This document shows, one piece after another, positions 39,799-50,099 of a stretch of 64,000 bases of DNA; the stretch's first letter is position 1; every line of letters begins with the position of its first letter. The notes under the pieces are model-generated. The model saw only the letters and a program-made list of their open reading frames with translations. It made no database searches and was not told the DNA's origin. A program made the translations under genes and the position numbers. Where the stretch lies: assembly GCA_024398495.1 (NCBI GenBank), contig JAKSJA010000001.1:25897-89896 (forward strand), in the 5' to 3' direction. Source of the stretch: Bacteroidaceae bacterium. Its GTDB lineage: Bacteria; Bacteroidota; Bacteroidia; Bacteroidales; Bacteroidaceae.

Positions 39799-40962
39799 AT
39801 GAAGAAAAAGAAACTGGGATTGTTCCCAAAAGTGTTGATAGCCATATTCATAGGTTCTCTGTTAGGACTGATAGCACCGGATATTCTGGTCAGGACATTC
39901 AAGACATTCAATGTGATATTCGCACAACTGCTCAAGTTCATTGTCCCACTGCTGGTGTTAGGACTTGTGACGCCATCCATAGCAAATCTTGGCAAGGGTG
40001 CTGGTAAGATGCTGCTCGCAGTAGTCGTCATATCCTATGTGTCGACGATATGTGCGGGCTTCTTCGCTTTTGGGCTGTCGTCAGAACTGTTGCCGCATTA
40101 TATTGAAGTCGGCGAACTGTTGCCGTCATCACAGGCAGCACATAGTTTTGAACCATTCATAAACATTCAGATACCGCCGCTTTGCGACATACTGACAGCA
40201 TTGGTGCTGTCCTTTATGGTAGGCATCGGAATCATCTTCACCCAGTCAGAAGCATTGAAACGCGGTTTTGATGAGTTTGGTGCAATAGTAAAACTCACCA
40301 TAGAAAGGGTTATAATACCACTTCTTCCGTTTTACATCTTCACCATGATGTGCGAGATGAGTGCTTCTGGACAGTTGGCAACCGTCATGGGAACAGGAGT
40401 GAAAGTCATCGCCACAGGTGTAGGAATCTCCATACTCTATCTGGTGTTGCAATACATCATTGCCGGTATCATCGCAAAGAAAAATCCATTCCGTTGCCTG
40501 TGGAATATCATCCCGGCATATCTCACAGGTTTCTCCATCTGTTCCAGTTCCGCAGTCATACCAGTCACACTCGACTGTACCCTGAAGAACAAGGTAAAGA
40601 GAGAAATCGCCGAGTTCACCGTACCGTTATGCTCCACTGTGCACATGTGCGGTTCTACCATAAAACTCGCCACTACCTCGTTTGCTGTGATGTACATGTC
40701 AGGGATGAACATAGACATAGCACTGTTTGCCAACTTTGTCCTCCTGCAGGGAGTGTCAGCAGTAGCGGCACCGGGAGTGATGGGGGGAGTGCTCATGGCA
40801 TCGATAGGACTCTTGGAGTCAATACTTGGATTTTCGCCAGAGCAGTCAGCACTGATGATGACCATCTATCTTGCCCTTGATGGCTACGGACCGGCATGTA
40901 ACGTCAGCGGTGACGGAGCGATAACACTCATCATAGACAGACTGTTCGGAAAAAAACAATGA
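39799..40962 (+). CDS. Dicarboxylate/amino acid:cation symporter (DAACS, SstT-like)
   Basis: Many TM segments; CSSSAVIPVT, PLCSTVHM, APGVMGG, ACNVSGDGA. Confidence 0.88.
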   Translation: MKKKKLGLFPKVLIAIFIGSLLGLIAPDILVRTFKTFNVIFAQLLKFIVPLLVLGLVTPSIANLGKGAGKMLLAVVVISYVSTICAGFFAFGLSSELLPHYIEVGELLPSSQAAHSFEPFINIQIPPLCDILTALVLSFMVGIGIIFTQSEALKRGFDEFGAIVKLTIERVIIPLLPFYIFTMMCEMSASGQLATVMGTGVKVIATGVGISILYLVLQYIIAGIIAKKNPFRCLWNIIPAYLTGFSICSSSAVIPVTLDCTLKNKVKREIAEFTVPLCSTVHMCGSTIKLATTSFAVMYMSGMNIDIALFANFVLLQGVSAVAAPGVMGGVLMASIGLLESILGFSPEQSALMMTIYLALDGYGPACNVSGDGAITLIIDRLFGKKQ

Positions 40963-41984
40963 GACGACTTTTTCTTTCAGTTATCATCTTCTTGTTGTCA
41001 ACAGTCAACAGTCAACAGTCAACAGCGGCCCCCTCTGTATCTCCCCCTCAAGAGGAGACTTTCTATACTCCCTCTCTTGTGGAGAGGGCTGGGGAGAGGC
41101 TCCCTTATGGCGAGGGGTTAGGGGTAGGCTTCTTTCCTCAATGGCAGATAGGAACCACACTGTCAGTCTTCGGGGGACTCAATGGTCTGACAGTAGAAAA
41201 TCTGCGTAAGGCAAAGTCGGCAGGTGTAGATTGCATAGAGATATCCCTTACGGGTGTCGTCAACGGCAAGACTGCCATACCGCTGTCCATGCTGAAAGAA
41301 CGGATGACCATGATTAAGGCACAGGCAGACAGTGCAGGTGTCACCGTATGGTCCATCCATATGCCATACGAGGTGGACTGCGACCCGTCATCAACAGATG
41401 AGGAATTGTTTCATATAGCAGAGATTAAATACCGCAAATACCTTGATATAGTAAGTGTGTTGCATCCACACATCATCCTCTTTCATCCCAGTTTCTATAG
41501 GTTGGAACCCTCAAACAGAGAAGCAAGGATGCAGCAGTTGGCACGGTTCATGAAGTCGTTCAATGAAGACGTGCATAAGATTGGGGCAGAGATAGTGATA
41601 GAGAATATGCGCGGCCCCGTACTGCAACGTGAACAGTATTATGAGCGGGCACTTGGACGCAACATATCAGAGATGAAACAGATAATGTCGTTGATGCCGG
41701 AAGACGTGTATGTTGCCATCGACACCAACCATGCCACCGATGCCGTAGCCATGATAGAAGCATTCGGACAACGAGTCCACCACTTGCACATCTCAGACAC
41801 AGACGGCAAGGCAGACCGCCACTGGCTGCCCGGCAAGGGAATAATAGACTGGCAAGGCGTCATCCGAGCATTGAAGGAAGCCCATTATGCAGGACCCTTC
41901 ATGTATGAACTCAAAACAGGTGAAGTCACCATTGACAACATATCCCTCCTGAGGGAGATATTTGAAAAATATAAACACCCCTAA
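40959..41984 (+). CDS. Exported sugar phosphate isomerase/epimerase-like TIM barrel (AP_endonuc_2)
   Basis: Signal peptide; WSIHMP, IENM, DTNH, HLHISD, DRHWLPGKG.IDW, MYE. Repeat-derived insertion after the signal peptide. Confidence 0.82.
   Translation: MRRLFLSVIIFLLSTVNSQQSTAAPSVSPPQEETFYTPSLVERAGERLPYGEGLGVGFFPQWQIGTTLSVFGGLNGLTVENLRKAKSAGVDCIEISLTGVVNGKTAIPLSMLKERMTMIKAQADSAGVTVWSIHMPYEVDCDPSSTDEELFHIAEIKYRKYLDIVSVLHPHIILFHPSFYRLEPSNREARMQQLARFMKSFNEDVHKIGAEIVIENMRGPVLQREQYYERALGRNISEMKQIMSLMPEDVYVAIDTNHATDAVAMIEAFGQRVHHLHISDTDGKADRHWLPGKGIIDWQGVIRALKEAHYAGPFMYELKTGEVTIDNISLLREIFEKYKHP
41030..41135. repeat. In-frame palindromic element cluster in epimerase N-terminus
   Basis: 41068-41101 ctccctctcttgtggagagggctggggagaggct is the exact reverse complement of 34 bp of the T9SS-tail element. 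Confidence 0.85.
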
Positions 41985-42009
41985 ACTTTAAACCTTAAAC
42001 TTTTGACTT

Positions 42010-45000
42010 ATGAAAAAGACAGCATTGACAGTATTGTTCTTATCCCTCATCACCGTAGCGTGCCATGCAGGCACAGAACTGAAAGTAGGCACATATAATA
42101 TCAAATCCTATTCTTCCGAGACTATCCCACAACATCAGTGGAATAACAGAAAAGGATTTATACTGAAACTTGTGAAAGACAATGACTATGACGTCATTGG
42201 AATGAATGAAATCCGAGGCATCAACCATCAACATGATGATATAAATTCATTAATGAACGATGCGGGATATGATGTCGTGGAATATAATGATGCAGGGGCA
42301 AATGCATGCTATAATAGTATATTTTACAAAAGGAGTAGAATAAGGAAACTGGATGAGGGTATGTATTTTCTGTCGCCAGATGGAACTGCAAGACTGGCAT
42401 GGGATATGACAAATTCGTTAGTGCGTTTTACTTCTTGGGGAAAATTTGAGGTGATAGAAACAGGGGAGATATTTTATTACTTTGAAACGCATCATGATGT
42501 GTCGGGAAGTATTGCACGGTATGAAGAAACAAGGCTTAACATTGATAAAATACGGGAAATCTCCGGTTTTTATCCAGCGATGTTTTCCGGCGATTTCAAT
42601 ACTGTATATACTGACGGTGTTTTCTATGGATATGCTTCTGCTTATATGCAAGATTGTCGTATGAATGCTGAAAATGTTGTTATTCCAGATGGTGACGGAA
42701 CAATCATTCATCACACCGTTGACGGCGTGGAAAAATGGGAGCCCATTCCTGACAATACACGACTTGATTTTATCTTTGTCAAAGGTGTCTCAAAGATAAG
42801 TGAATATAGGAATATCACAACCAGATATGCAGAATTGCAAAACGAATGTCCTTCCGACCATTCTGCCATACAAGCCACGCTGACGTTGGAAAGGCCTGAT
42901 GCAGAAAGGTATGTCGTCTATGTGGATCCTGCAAAAGACAATATGCAGGATGCTGTCAACAATTGTGCTGTTGGTGGAAAAGTGTTGGTGAAATCGGGGA
43001 AAATAGATTTTTCTGCATCACTTGACATCACTCATTCTGTAGTCATCGAGGGTGGATATAATGATGATTTTTCTGCTGTCGTGGGCAAAACAGAATTCAG
43101 TGCTACGGATCTGGAACACGTCATAACTGTTTCTTCTACATCTGCACTGACAATGCGAAATGTGGATGTTCGTGGGGGTAAGACTGCCCTTGATGGTGGG
43201 GGTATCTACTGCCTGGGACGGTATCTTGGTTTGTTCAACTGTGACATCCATGACAATGTGGCAATTCGGAACGGAGCTGGGGTATATGCTGCCGGTCAGT
43301 TGGAGATAAAGGGGTGTAATTTCTATAATAACGTGGCGAATGGCAATGGAGGAGCCTTCTTTACTCCTCTTACAAATTGGCATCACTCGGTGTTGAATAC
43401 CCAAATTCACGACAATACAGCCAATATAGGACCTGCAGGATTTCTTGGAGGCTTCTGTTATGTAAGCATAGTGGGTAATTCTGTCTATGACAACAAAGCA
43501 AATACGTATGGCACAATGCACGTGGAGCGTACTGGCAACACCTCTCATTCTACATTTGCCAACAATACGTTTGCAAGGAATACTTCTGCAGGGATGGCCT
43601 CTGCCATATCTATAAACCAACCTGCAAATGGCTATGTGGCGATAGTGAACAATACCATTGTAGGCAATATGAGTCAGTCAGCAGATGCATGTGCCGTACA
43701 TATCCACAATGCGTCAGAAATCAATTTGTACAATAATATCATAGCCGGCAACAAAGGAGGCGATATCAAGACTGCGGAAGTTGCCCGTGTGGTAAAAGAT
43801 GTGAACAACATATACACCGAGCAGGATTGTGCTACCAAGTTGTCCATAATGTTCGCTGGCAAGGTGGAAGACGACTTCTTTGTACCGGAAATAACATCAG
43901 AAGGAATCATACCGATGAAACTCACCTTCTATGGCGACTGCGACATCAACGATGTGACAGATGAGATGCTGAGAGAAGAAACATTCAATGGTGATGTGGA
44001 TAACAATGCCGAGATGCTGCAACGATTAGTCGTTGACCAGACAGGAACCGTCCGAAGAACTGACGGCACGTCAACACGCGGTGCGATAGAGATACAGTGC
44101 AGCAACTCTTGGGATGGGATGGCAGTGTCAAAGCCAAAGATATTGGAGAGTGGGGAATATAAAGATTTTTATCTCATCACAACACCAGAGGAAATGGCAT
44201 GGGTGGCTCAACAGACGGAGACCTCCGATTTCGATGGTTCATTGTATATTGCCAACGATATAAACTTGAATGATAAAGAGTGGCATCCAATAGGGGGAAA
44301 ACATTATTTCAACGGTAGCATAGAGGGAAATAATCGCAAAATTTACGGGTTGAACATCTCTGCATCGCAATCAAATGAATATGTCGGTCTTATCGGCAAG
44401 ATGAACAACAGTTCTTCGACTATCCATAATCTGCGTGTTGCAGGACGTGTGGAGGCGACGGATGCAAAGTATGTCGGGTCTGTGATAGCAAAAGCCGATG
44501 GCTTAGCACAGATATGCAGTGTACATTCCTCAGTGGATATAATTGTAAAAGGTCAATTGTCCACGACTGTCGGCAGTATTATCGCAGATGCAACAGGGAC
44601 TGTGATAGAGGGGTGCTCATATTCTGGAAATGTTGTTATTGAAGATGAGGCAACGACAGGAGTCTTTGACAAATGTACGATACGCAGTAATTATTTCATG
44701 GGAAGTGTCAGTGGACAATTCTCTAATGTTATGACTGCCACATTGGGGAATAACTATTGTGTTGATGGTGAATATTCAGGTGTCGCCACGGTTACGGTCA
44801 AACAATTACATAATGGAGAGTTGACACGTATGCTGAATGTCCATAGTAGTGAAGGATTGTTTGGTCAGGACCTGAGCGACAAGGCAAGTGTTCCTGTCAC
44901 GGCAAACAAGAAAAACAAAGTGTATGAAACACAGTATATGGTCAATGAAGAAGTCTATGAAAAGCATTTGAACAATGAAATGCTGATATTCCCTGCCGAC

Positions 45001-46479
45001 CCAGTAATAGAAGATTTCATTTTCATTGGATGGTATAACGCGGAAGGCACAAAGATAACAACAAGCGACATCATGAGTTCTGATACCACTTTATATGCTC
45101 ATTTTGAGGCTATTGAAAAGTGGGATGGAGTGACCCTGACAGAACCGTCGCGCATTGAAGACATTACCAGTCCTTATGATGGTTGGTATCAGATAAACAA
45201 GGCTACAGAACTGGCATGGGTTGCAGCAAAGACCAAAACTGCATTGGTAACAGACAATCTGTACATAACGACAGACATAGACCTTGATAATAAACCATGG
45301 ACGCCATTAGGTGTGTCGTCAAGTTTCAATGGCAATATAGAGGGCAATGGACATACCATAAAAAACGTCTATCTTTCGCCAGCGGCAGGGGTGAAGTATT
45401 ATGGGTTTATCGGGCAGACAAACAATACTGCTTCTGTCATCGCCAATCTGAATGTCACCGGTCTGATGAAAATTTCAACATCCAACAGTTCTATCAATAT
45501 GGGAGGACTCATAGGTAAGGCAAATGGAGTTGACTCCATCATAAACTGTCATAGTAAGGTAGATATCGTCCTTGAAGATGGTGGTTCTGTGGCTTATCTA
45601 GGTGGACTGATAGGTTTGGTAAAAAATACACAGATTGTGGGATGTTCTTATTCTGGCACGATGACTCTGTCTGGCGGACAGGTGGCGAAAGGCTGGGCAG
45701 GACTGATAGGTACGTTTAACTCTACCGTCTCAGGACATCATGGAGGACTTCGAGACAGTTGGTTTGCTGGGTGCATAAACAGTTCATTGCCATCACGCCC
45801 AAGGTATGGTGCTGCACTCGTGGGCTATCCTTCATTGAGCGGAGGCAGTTGCTATCTCGAAAACAATTATGCATGCGGTACGATGACATGCACCTTGCCA
45901 CCGACAAACTACGGTGTTATATACGCACTGAAAGGAACAGGAGCAACATTCTCAAACAACTATTCTGTAGGGCTTTCTGCCTCTACTAGCGATGGAGCAA
46001 TAATGGTGACAGACCAACAACTTCATAATGGCAACCTCTGCTGGTTGCTTAACGGCGACCAGACATCCGTAGCTTTCGGCCAAGACCTCACCGACGGAGA
46101 AAGCATTCCGGTGAATTATGTTGATGGCATGCAGGTATATAGACAACATTTCATTGTCTGTGACACTGCTTATTCATCTCGTTTTTACAATACAGATATG
46201 CTTTCAGTCTTTCCTGCCGCTCCAGTCATAGAAGACAATAAGTTCTTGGGGTGGTTTGATTCTCCGGAAGGAGGCGAACAGCATTTCGAGAATACACCAG
46301 TAACGGAGAATTTGATTCTTTATGCACATTTTGAAAATCCGACAGGGGTAGAGGATGTAAGCCTCTCCCCAGCCCTCTCCACAAGAGAGGGAGCTATATA
46401 CAACCTGCAGGGTGTGAAGGTCAATGGAAACTACAGAGGTCTCATCATCCGTGAAGGCAAAAAGTTCCACCAAAGGTAG
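42010..46479 (+). CDS. T9SS-secreted EEP + beta-helix + GLUG-like repeats + InlB B-repeat protein
   Basis: TYNI, GMNE, ETH, GDFN, RLDFIF, SDH; GGGIY/GAGVY beta-helix; WDG...ELAW...W.PIG...F.G.IEGN repeats; F.GWY/WF...LYAHF; tail YNLQG..V...GKK. Confidence 0.8.
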   Translation: MKKTALTVLFLSLITVACHAGTELKVGTYNIKSYSSETIPQHQWNNRKGFILKLVKDNDYDVIGMNEIRGINHQHDDINSLMNDAGYDVVEYNDAGANACYNSIFYKRSRIRKLDEGMYFLSPDGTARLAWDMTNSLVRFTSWGKFEVIETGEIFYYFETHHDVSGSIARYEETRLNIDKIREISGFYPAMFSGDFNTVYTDGVFYGYASAYMQDCRMNAENVVIPDGDGTIIHHTVDGVEKWEPIPDNTRLDFIFVKGVSKISEYRNITTRYAELQNECPSDHSAIQATLTLERPDAERYVVYVDPAKDNMQDAVNNCAVGGKVLVKSGKIDFSASLDITHSVVIEGGYNDDFSAVVGKTEFSATDLEHVITVSSTSALTMRNVDVRGGKTALDGGGIYCLGRYLGLFNCDIHDNVAIRNGAGVYAAGQLEIKGCNFYNNVANGNGGAFFTPLTNWHHSVLNTQIHDNTANIGPAGFLGGFCYVSIVGNSVYDNKANTYGTMHVERTGNTSHSTFANNTFARNTSAGMASAISINQPANGYVAIVNNTIVGNMSQSADACAVHIHNASEINLYNNIIAGNKGGDIKTAEVARVVKDVNNIYTEQDCATKLSIMFAGKVEDDFFVPEITSEGIIPMKLTFYGDCDINDVTDEMLREETFNGDVDNNAEMLQRLVVDQTGTVRRTDGTSTRGAIEIQCSNSWDGMAVSKPKILESGEYKDFYLITTPEEMAWVAQQTETSDFDGSLYIANDINLNDKEWHPIGGKHYFNGSIEGNNRKIYGLNISASQSNEYVGLIGKMNNSSSTIHNLRVAGRVEATDAKYVGSVIAKADGLAQICSVHSSVDIIVKGQLSTTVGSIIADATGTVIEGCSYSGNVVIEDEATTGVFDKCTIRSNYFMGSVSGQFSNVMTATLGNNYCVDGEYSGVATVTVKQLHNGELTRMLNVHSSEGLFGQDLSDKASVPVTANKKNKVYETQYMVNEEVYEKHLNNEMLIFPADPVIEDFIFIGWYNAEGTKITTSDIMSSDTTLYAHFEAIEKWDGVTLTEPSRIEDITSPYDGWYQINKATELAWVAAKTKTALVTDNLYITTDIDLDNKPWTPLGVSSSFNGNIEGNGHTIKNVYLSPAAGVKYYGFIGQTNNTASVIANLNVTGLMKISTSNSSINMGGLIGKANGVDSIINCHSKVDIVLEDGGSVAYLGGLIGLVKNTQIVGCSYSGTMTLSGGQVAKGWAGLIGTFNSTVSGHHGGLRDSWFAGCINSSLPSRPRYGAALVGYPSLSGGSCYLENNYACGTMTCTLPPTNYGVIYALKGTGATFSNNYSVGLSASTSDGAIMVTDQQLHNGNLCWLLNGDQTSVAFGQDLTDGESIPVNYVDGMQVYRQHFIVCDTAYSSRFYNTDMLSVFPAAPVIEDNKFLGWFDSPEGGEQHFENTPVTENLILYAHFENPTGVEDVSLSPALSTREGAIYNLQGVKVNGNYRGLIIREGKKFHQR
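46358..46404 (+). repeat. 47-bp palindromic element, copy in T9SS tail 1
   Basis: taagcctctccccagccctctccacaagagagggagctatatacaac, identical at 49883, 51754 and 54255. Confidence 0.9.
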
Positions 46480-46512
46480 GGAATTATGGAACCAAAAAAA
46501 CTACAAAATATT

Positions 46513-49500
46513 ATGAAAAAGACAGCATTAAGTTTATTGTTATTATCATTCATCTCTGTATCATGTTATGCCGGTACAGAACTAAAAGTAGGAACATATA
46601 ATGTCCGTTATTACAATACGGACGATAAGGGATTGAAAGCATGGTCCAGTCGTAAATCCTATGTGGCACAGATACTTATCGACCATAAGTACGATATTGT
46701 TGGACTGAATGAAGTGCGTACCACAACTCAGCAGAAGGATTTGCATAATCTCATGAAAGGATATGACTATGTGGAATACGAGGATGGGAAAAAACACAAC
46801 TGGAATTCGATTTATTTCCTACAAGACAAGTTTGAAGCGTTGGAGTCAGGATATTATTTTCTCTCCGTCGATGGTAATGCCAAGACCTATTGGGATAATA
46901 GTACTAATATACGCCATACCACGTGGGTAAAACTCAAGGTGAAGAATACAGAAGAGATATTGTATTATTTCTCCACACATCTTGACCAGACAGGTGTCAT
47001 GGCACGTCAGGAACAGGCTCGGATAAACGTAGAACATGTACGAAAGATTGCAGGCAATTATCCAGCAATCATCGCAGGCGATCATAACTGTACTGACGGA
47101 TGGACGTTTATATACGACTATTATCGTTCTTATCTAAAAGACAGTTATAAAGTCTCTGCATCTTTTGAGGGATTGGAAAAAGGTGCAGGTACTATGACTA
47201 ATCGCACTGTTGAGGGTGTGTCAAAATGGGACCCTGATTTCCATAATAGTGCAAGGATAGACTTCATCTGGGTAAAAGGAGTAACAGTAGGGAAATACAG
47301 TCATTTTTACGATGATTACGATAGGGGAGAGACTCCTTCAGATCATATCCCAATACAAGCGACTGTAACCTTGGAAGACTATAAGCCTATTCATCATGCA
47401 GTGGCAGAGGCATCGTATGAGAGTTTGCAGTCTGCTATCAACAACACCCAGCAGGGCGATACAGTCCTGGTCCGTCAGGGTAAGTTTACAATAACAAAAC
47501 CGCTGACCATCGACCATTCTCTTGTGATTATCGGTGGATATAATGATGACTATTCCCGACAAGTCGGCTCTACTGAAATAGAAGGAAACAAAACTTCAAG
47601 AATATTATATGTTGACACCAATGCAGCATTGGAACTTACTAATGTTGACATCTGTAAAGGTCAGACATCGGAATCTTCTCCAGATGGTGCCGGTATATAT
47701 TGTGCAGGAACACGCCTTGTGCTGAATACGTGCAAGATATATGATAATCATGCTGTTGGCAATGGTGCGGGTGTATATGCTGGAGGTCAATTGATAATGA
47801 AAAATTGTCAATTGTATAATAATTCTGCTGCGAATTTTGGAGGTGCGTTTTATACAAAACAGACAACGTCAACGATATGGTGGAGATACACCATAGAAGG
47901 CTCCGAGTTTCATGACAATGTAGCCACAAATGGTGCCGCAGGATATTCTGGCGGTTACACTCAGTTCTATGTGGGGCACAATTCTTTTTATGACAATGTG
48001 TCTTCTGAAAATGGAACGGTTTACATACAACATACGTCCAAAGATGCAAATGGCAGAACAATCTTTACCAATAATATTTTTACCAAAAATAAAGCTCAAA
48101 AAGGTTCAGCCGCTTATTTGCAGTTGAATGGGCTGGAAACGTCGAACATATCAATAATAAACAATACCATTGTCAACAATGATGGTGAAACAGCCTTCGA
48201 TGTAAATACTTCATTGGAGACGGAAATATGCAACAATATCTTTGGAAAGAATTCTGGTAAGGATGTGCTTTTGTCATCACCTGCTAACGTGATGACAAGG
48301 AAGAATGTATATTCCGTTGCATCGAATATAAATTACACCGCAGACACCTCAGACATTCTATGCACCACTCTGGAAGAAAGCGTGAGTGCTATCAATGAAA
48401 TGCTGAATGCCGACAGCATCCCAGGGATGATGTTCGTCAGAACACCTTCTTTCAAAGGCGTTGCGATCAACGACCTCACCACCACTGACCTTACAGAATC
48501 CAATCTCCTCTCTGACATAAACAACAATGTAGAACGCGAAGGTTGTATGACCTATGACCGACAGTACAACATCCGCCGGACCAATGGTTCATGTCGCGGA
48601 GCATTGGAATATATCCCAACAAGCAAAGAAGGCGAATGGAATGGCTTTTCAACTCAGCAACCTAAACGCGACAACAATGGCAACCTCATCATCACCTGTG
48701 CCCCAGAACTGGCATGGGTCAGTGCTGAGTCACAGAACGTGTCATTCAATGACAACTTGATTTTTGACAATGATATAGACATGTGCAACAAGTCATGGAT
48801 ACCAATAGGCTCCAAGGCCACAACGGCTAATAACTATTGGTTTTGTGGAAATGTGGAAGGCAATGGGCATACGATAAAAAATCTGTATATGACTTCCGAC
48901 TCAAAAAATGCTTATTACGGATTGTTCGGTACAACAGGTGGACAGACACAGACAATATCTGGTTTGAACATAGAAGGCACATTGGATGTAGTGAATACAG
49001 ATAATTCTTCAAATGTGGATTATGGCTCATTCATTGGTTATGCCTACCACTTGGGTAAGATTGTCAATTGTCATTCAAAATTTAAGATTAATGTTGGTGC
49101 CGGAGTACAGGTTAACAATGTAGGGGGACTGATATGTCGCATGACAGACGCGTCTGTTGAGCAGTGTTCTTTCGAGGGAACCATAGTAGTGTCAGAACTG
49201 GCGAAAATAGCACAGTCTCTGGGGGGCATCGTGGCTTCTTCCAACCTCACGAAGTCAGGTGTTGCAACAATCAGTGATTGCTGGTTTTCTGGCAATATCA
49301 TCAACCGTTCCAATAGTGCTACCAATTATGTTGCAGCTATCATCGCTTTCCCAAATATGACTATGGGAACACAGAATATAAGAAATTGCTACGCCGCAGG
49401 AACGATTCAGATGACAACTACTCCTTTGAATTATGGCGTGATTTATGGAAAGAAAGCATCTATGAAATTGTTGGCAGAAAATAACTATTCTGTAGGACTT

Positions 49501-50007
49501 TCTGCTGTAACGAGCGATGGGGCTATAATGGTGACAGACCAACAACTTCATAATGGCAACCTCTGCTGGTTGCTTAACGGCGACCAGACATCCGTAGCTT
49601 TCGGCCAAGACCTCACCGACGGAGAAAGCATTCCGGTGAATTATGTTGATGGCATGCAGGTATATAGACAACATTTCATTGTCTGTGACACTGCTTATTC
49701 ATCTCGTTTTTACAATACAGATATGCTTTCAGTCTTTCCTGCCGCTCCAGTCATAGAAGACAATAAGTTTTTGGGGTGGTTTGATTCTCCGGAAGGTGGC
49801 GAACAGTATTTTGAGAATACGCCAGTGTCGGATGATATGATTCTTTATGCACATTTTGAAAATCCGACAGGAATAGAAGGTATAAGCCTCTCCCCAGCCC
49901 TCTCCACAAGAGAGGGAGCTATATACAACTTGCAAGGCATAAAGGTCAGCAGTATTCAACATGGTCAGCTGTATATCCGTGGTGGCAAAAAATATTTGAA
50001 AAAATGA
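46513..50007 (+). CDS. T9SS-secreted EEP + beta-helix + GLUG-like + InlB B-repeat protein (paralogue of 42010)
   Basis: Near-identical N-terminus MKKTAL...AGTELKVGTYN; GLNE, STH, GDHN, RIDFIW, SDH; shared C-terminal block. Confidence 0.8.
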   Translation: MKKTALSLLLLSFISVSCYAGTELKVGTYNVRYYNTDDKGLKAWSSRKSYVAQILIDHKYDIVGLNEVRTTTQQKDLHNLMKGYDYVEYEDGKKHNWNSIYFLQDKFEALESGYYFLSVDGNAKTYWDNSTNIRHTTWVKLKVKNTEEILYYFSTHLDQTGVMARQEQARINVEHVRKIAGNYPAIIAGDHNCTDGWTFIYDYYRSYLKDSYKVSASFEGLEKGAGTMTNRTVEGVSKWDPDFHNSARIDFIWVKGVTVGKYSHFYDDYDRGETPSDHIPIQATVTLEDYKPIHHAVAEASYESLQSAINNTQQGDTVLVRQGKFTITKPLTIDHSLVIIGGYNDDYSRQVGSTEIEGNKTSRILYVDTNAALELTNVDICKGQTSESSPDGAGIYCAGTRLVLNTCKIYDNHAVGNGAGVYAGGQLIMKNCQLYNNSAANFGGAFYTKQTTSTIWWRYTIEGSEFHDNVATNGAAGYSGGYTQFYVGHNSFYDNVSSENGTVYIQHTSKDANGRTIFTNNIFTKNKAQKGSAAYLQLNGLETSNISIINNTIVNNDGETAFDVNTSLETEICNNIFGKNSGKDVLLSSPANVMTRKNVYSVASNINYTADTSDILCTTLEESVSAINEMLNADSIPGMMFVRTPSFKGVAINDLTTTDLTESNLLSDINNNVEREGCMTYDRQYNIRRTNGSCRGALEYIPTSKEGEWNGFSTQQPKRDNNGNLIITCAPELAWVSAESQNVSFNDNLIFDNDIDMCNKSWIPIGSKATTANNYWFCGNVEGNGHTIKNLYMTSDSKNAYYGLFGTTGGQTQTISGLNIEGTLDVVNTDNSSNVDYGSFIGYAYHLGKIVNCHSKFKINVGAGVQVNNVGGLICRMTDASVEQCSFEGTIVVSELAKIAQSLGGIVASSNLTKSGVATISDCWFSGNIINRSNSATNYVAAIIAFPNMTMGTQNIRNCYAAGTIQMTTTPLNYGVIYGKKASMKLLAENNYSVGLSAVTSDGAIMVTDQQLHNGNLCWLLNGDQTSVAFGQDLTDGESIPVNYVDGMQVYRQHFIVCDTAYSSRFYNTDMLSVFPAAPVIEDNKFLGWFDSPEGGEQYFENTPVSDDMILYAHFENPTGIEGISLSPALSTREGAIYNLQGIKVSSIQHGQLYIRGGKKYLKK
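49883..49929 (+). repeat. 47-bp palindromic element, copy in T9SS tail 2
   Basis: Identical to 46358-46404. Confidence 0.9.
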
Positions 50008-50016
50008 TGTGTGTTT

Positions 50017-50050
50017 TTACGTAGAAAGTGGATTTCAAGTTTTATATAAT
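50017..50050 (+). promoter_or_regulatory. Putative ECF-sigma promoter TTACGTA-N15-GTTTTATATAAT
   Basis: Both boxes and spacing identical to 30421-30454. Confidence 0.55.
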
Positions 50051-50099
50051 TAAATTAATATATTAATTTATTGTTTAACTCATTAAAAATTGCAATTTT

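Noticed and set aside
41068-46404. Invertible segment between inverted copies of the 34-bp palindrome
   Set aside because: No invertase nearby, and inversion would break both genes; better explained as dispersed repeat copies.
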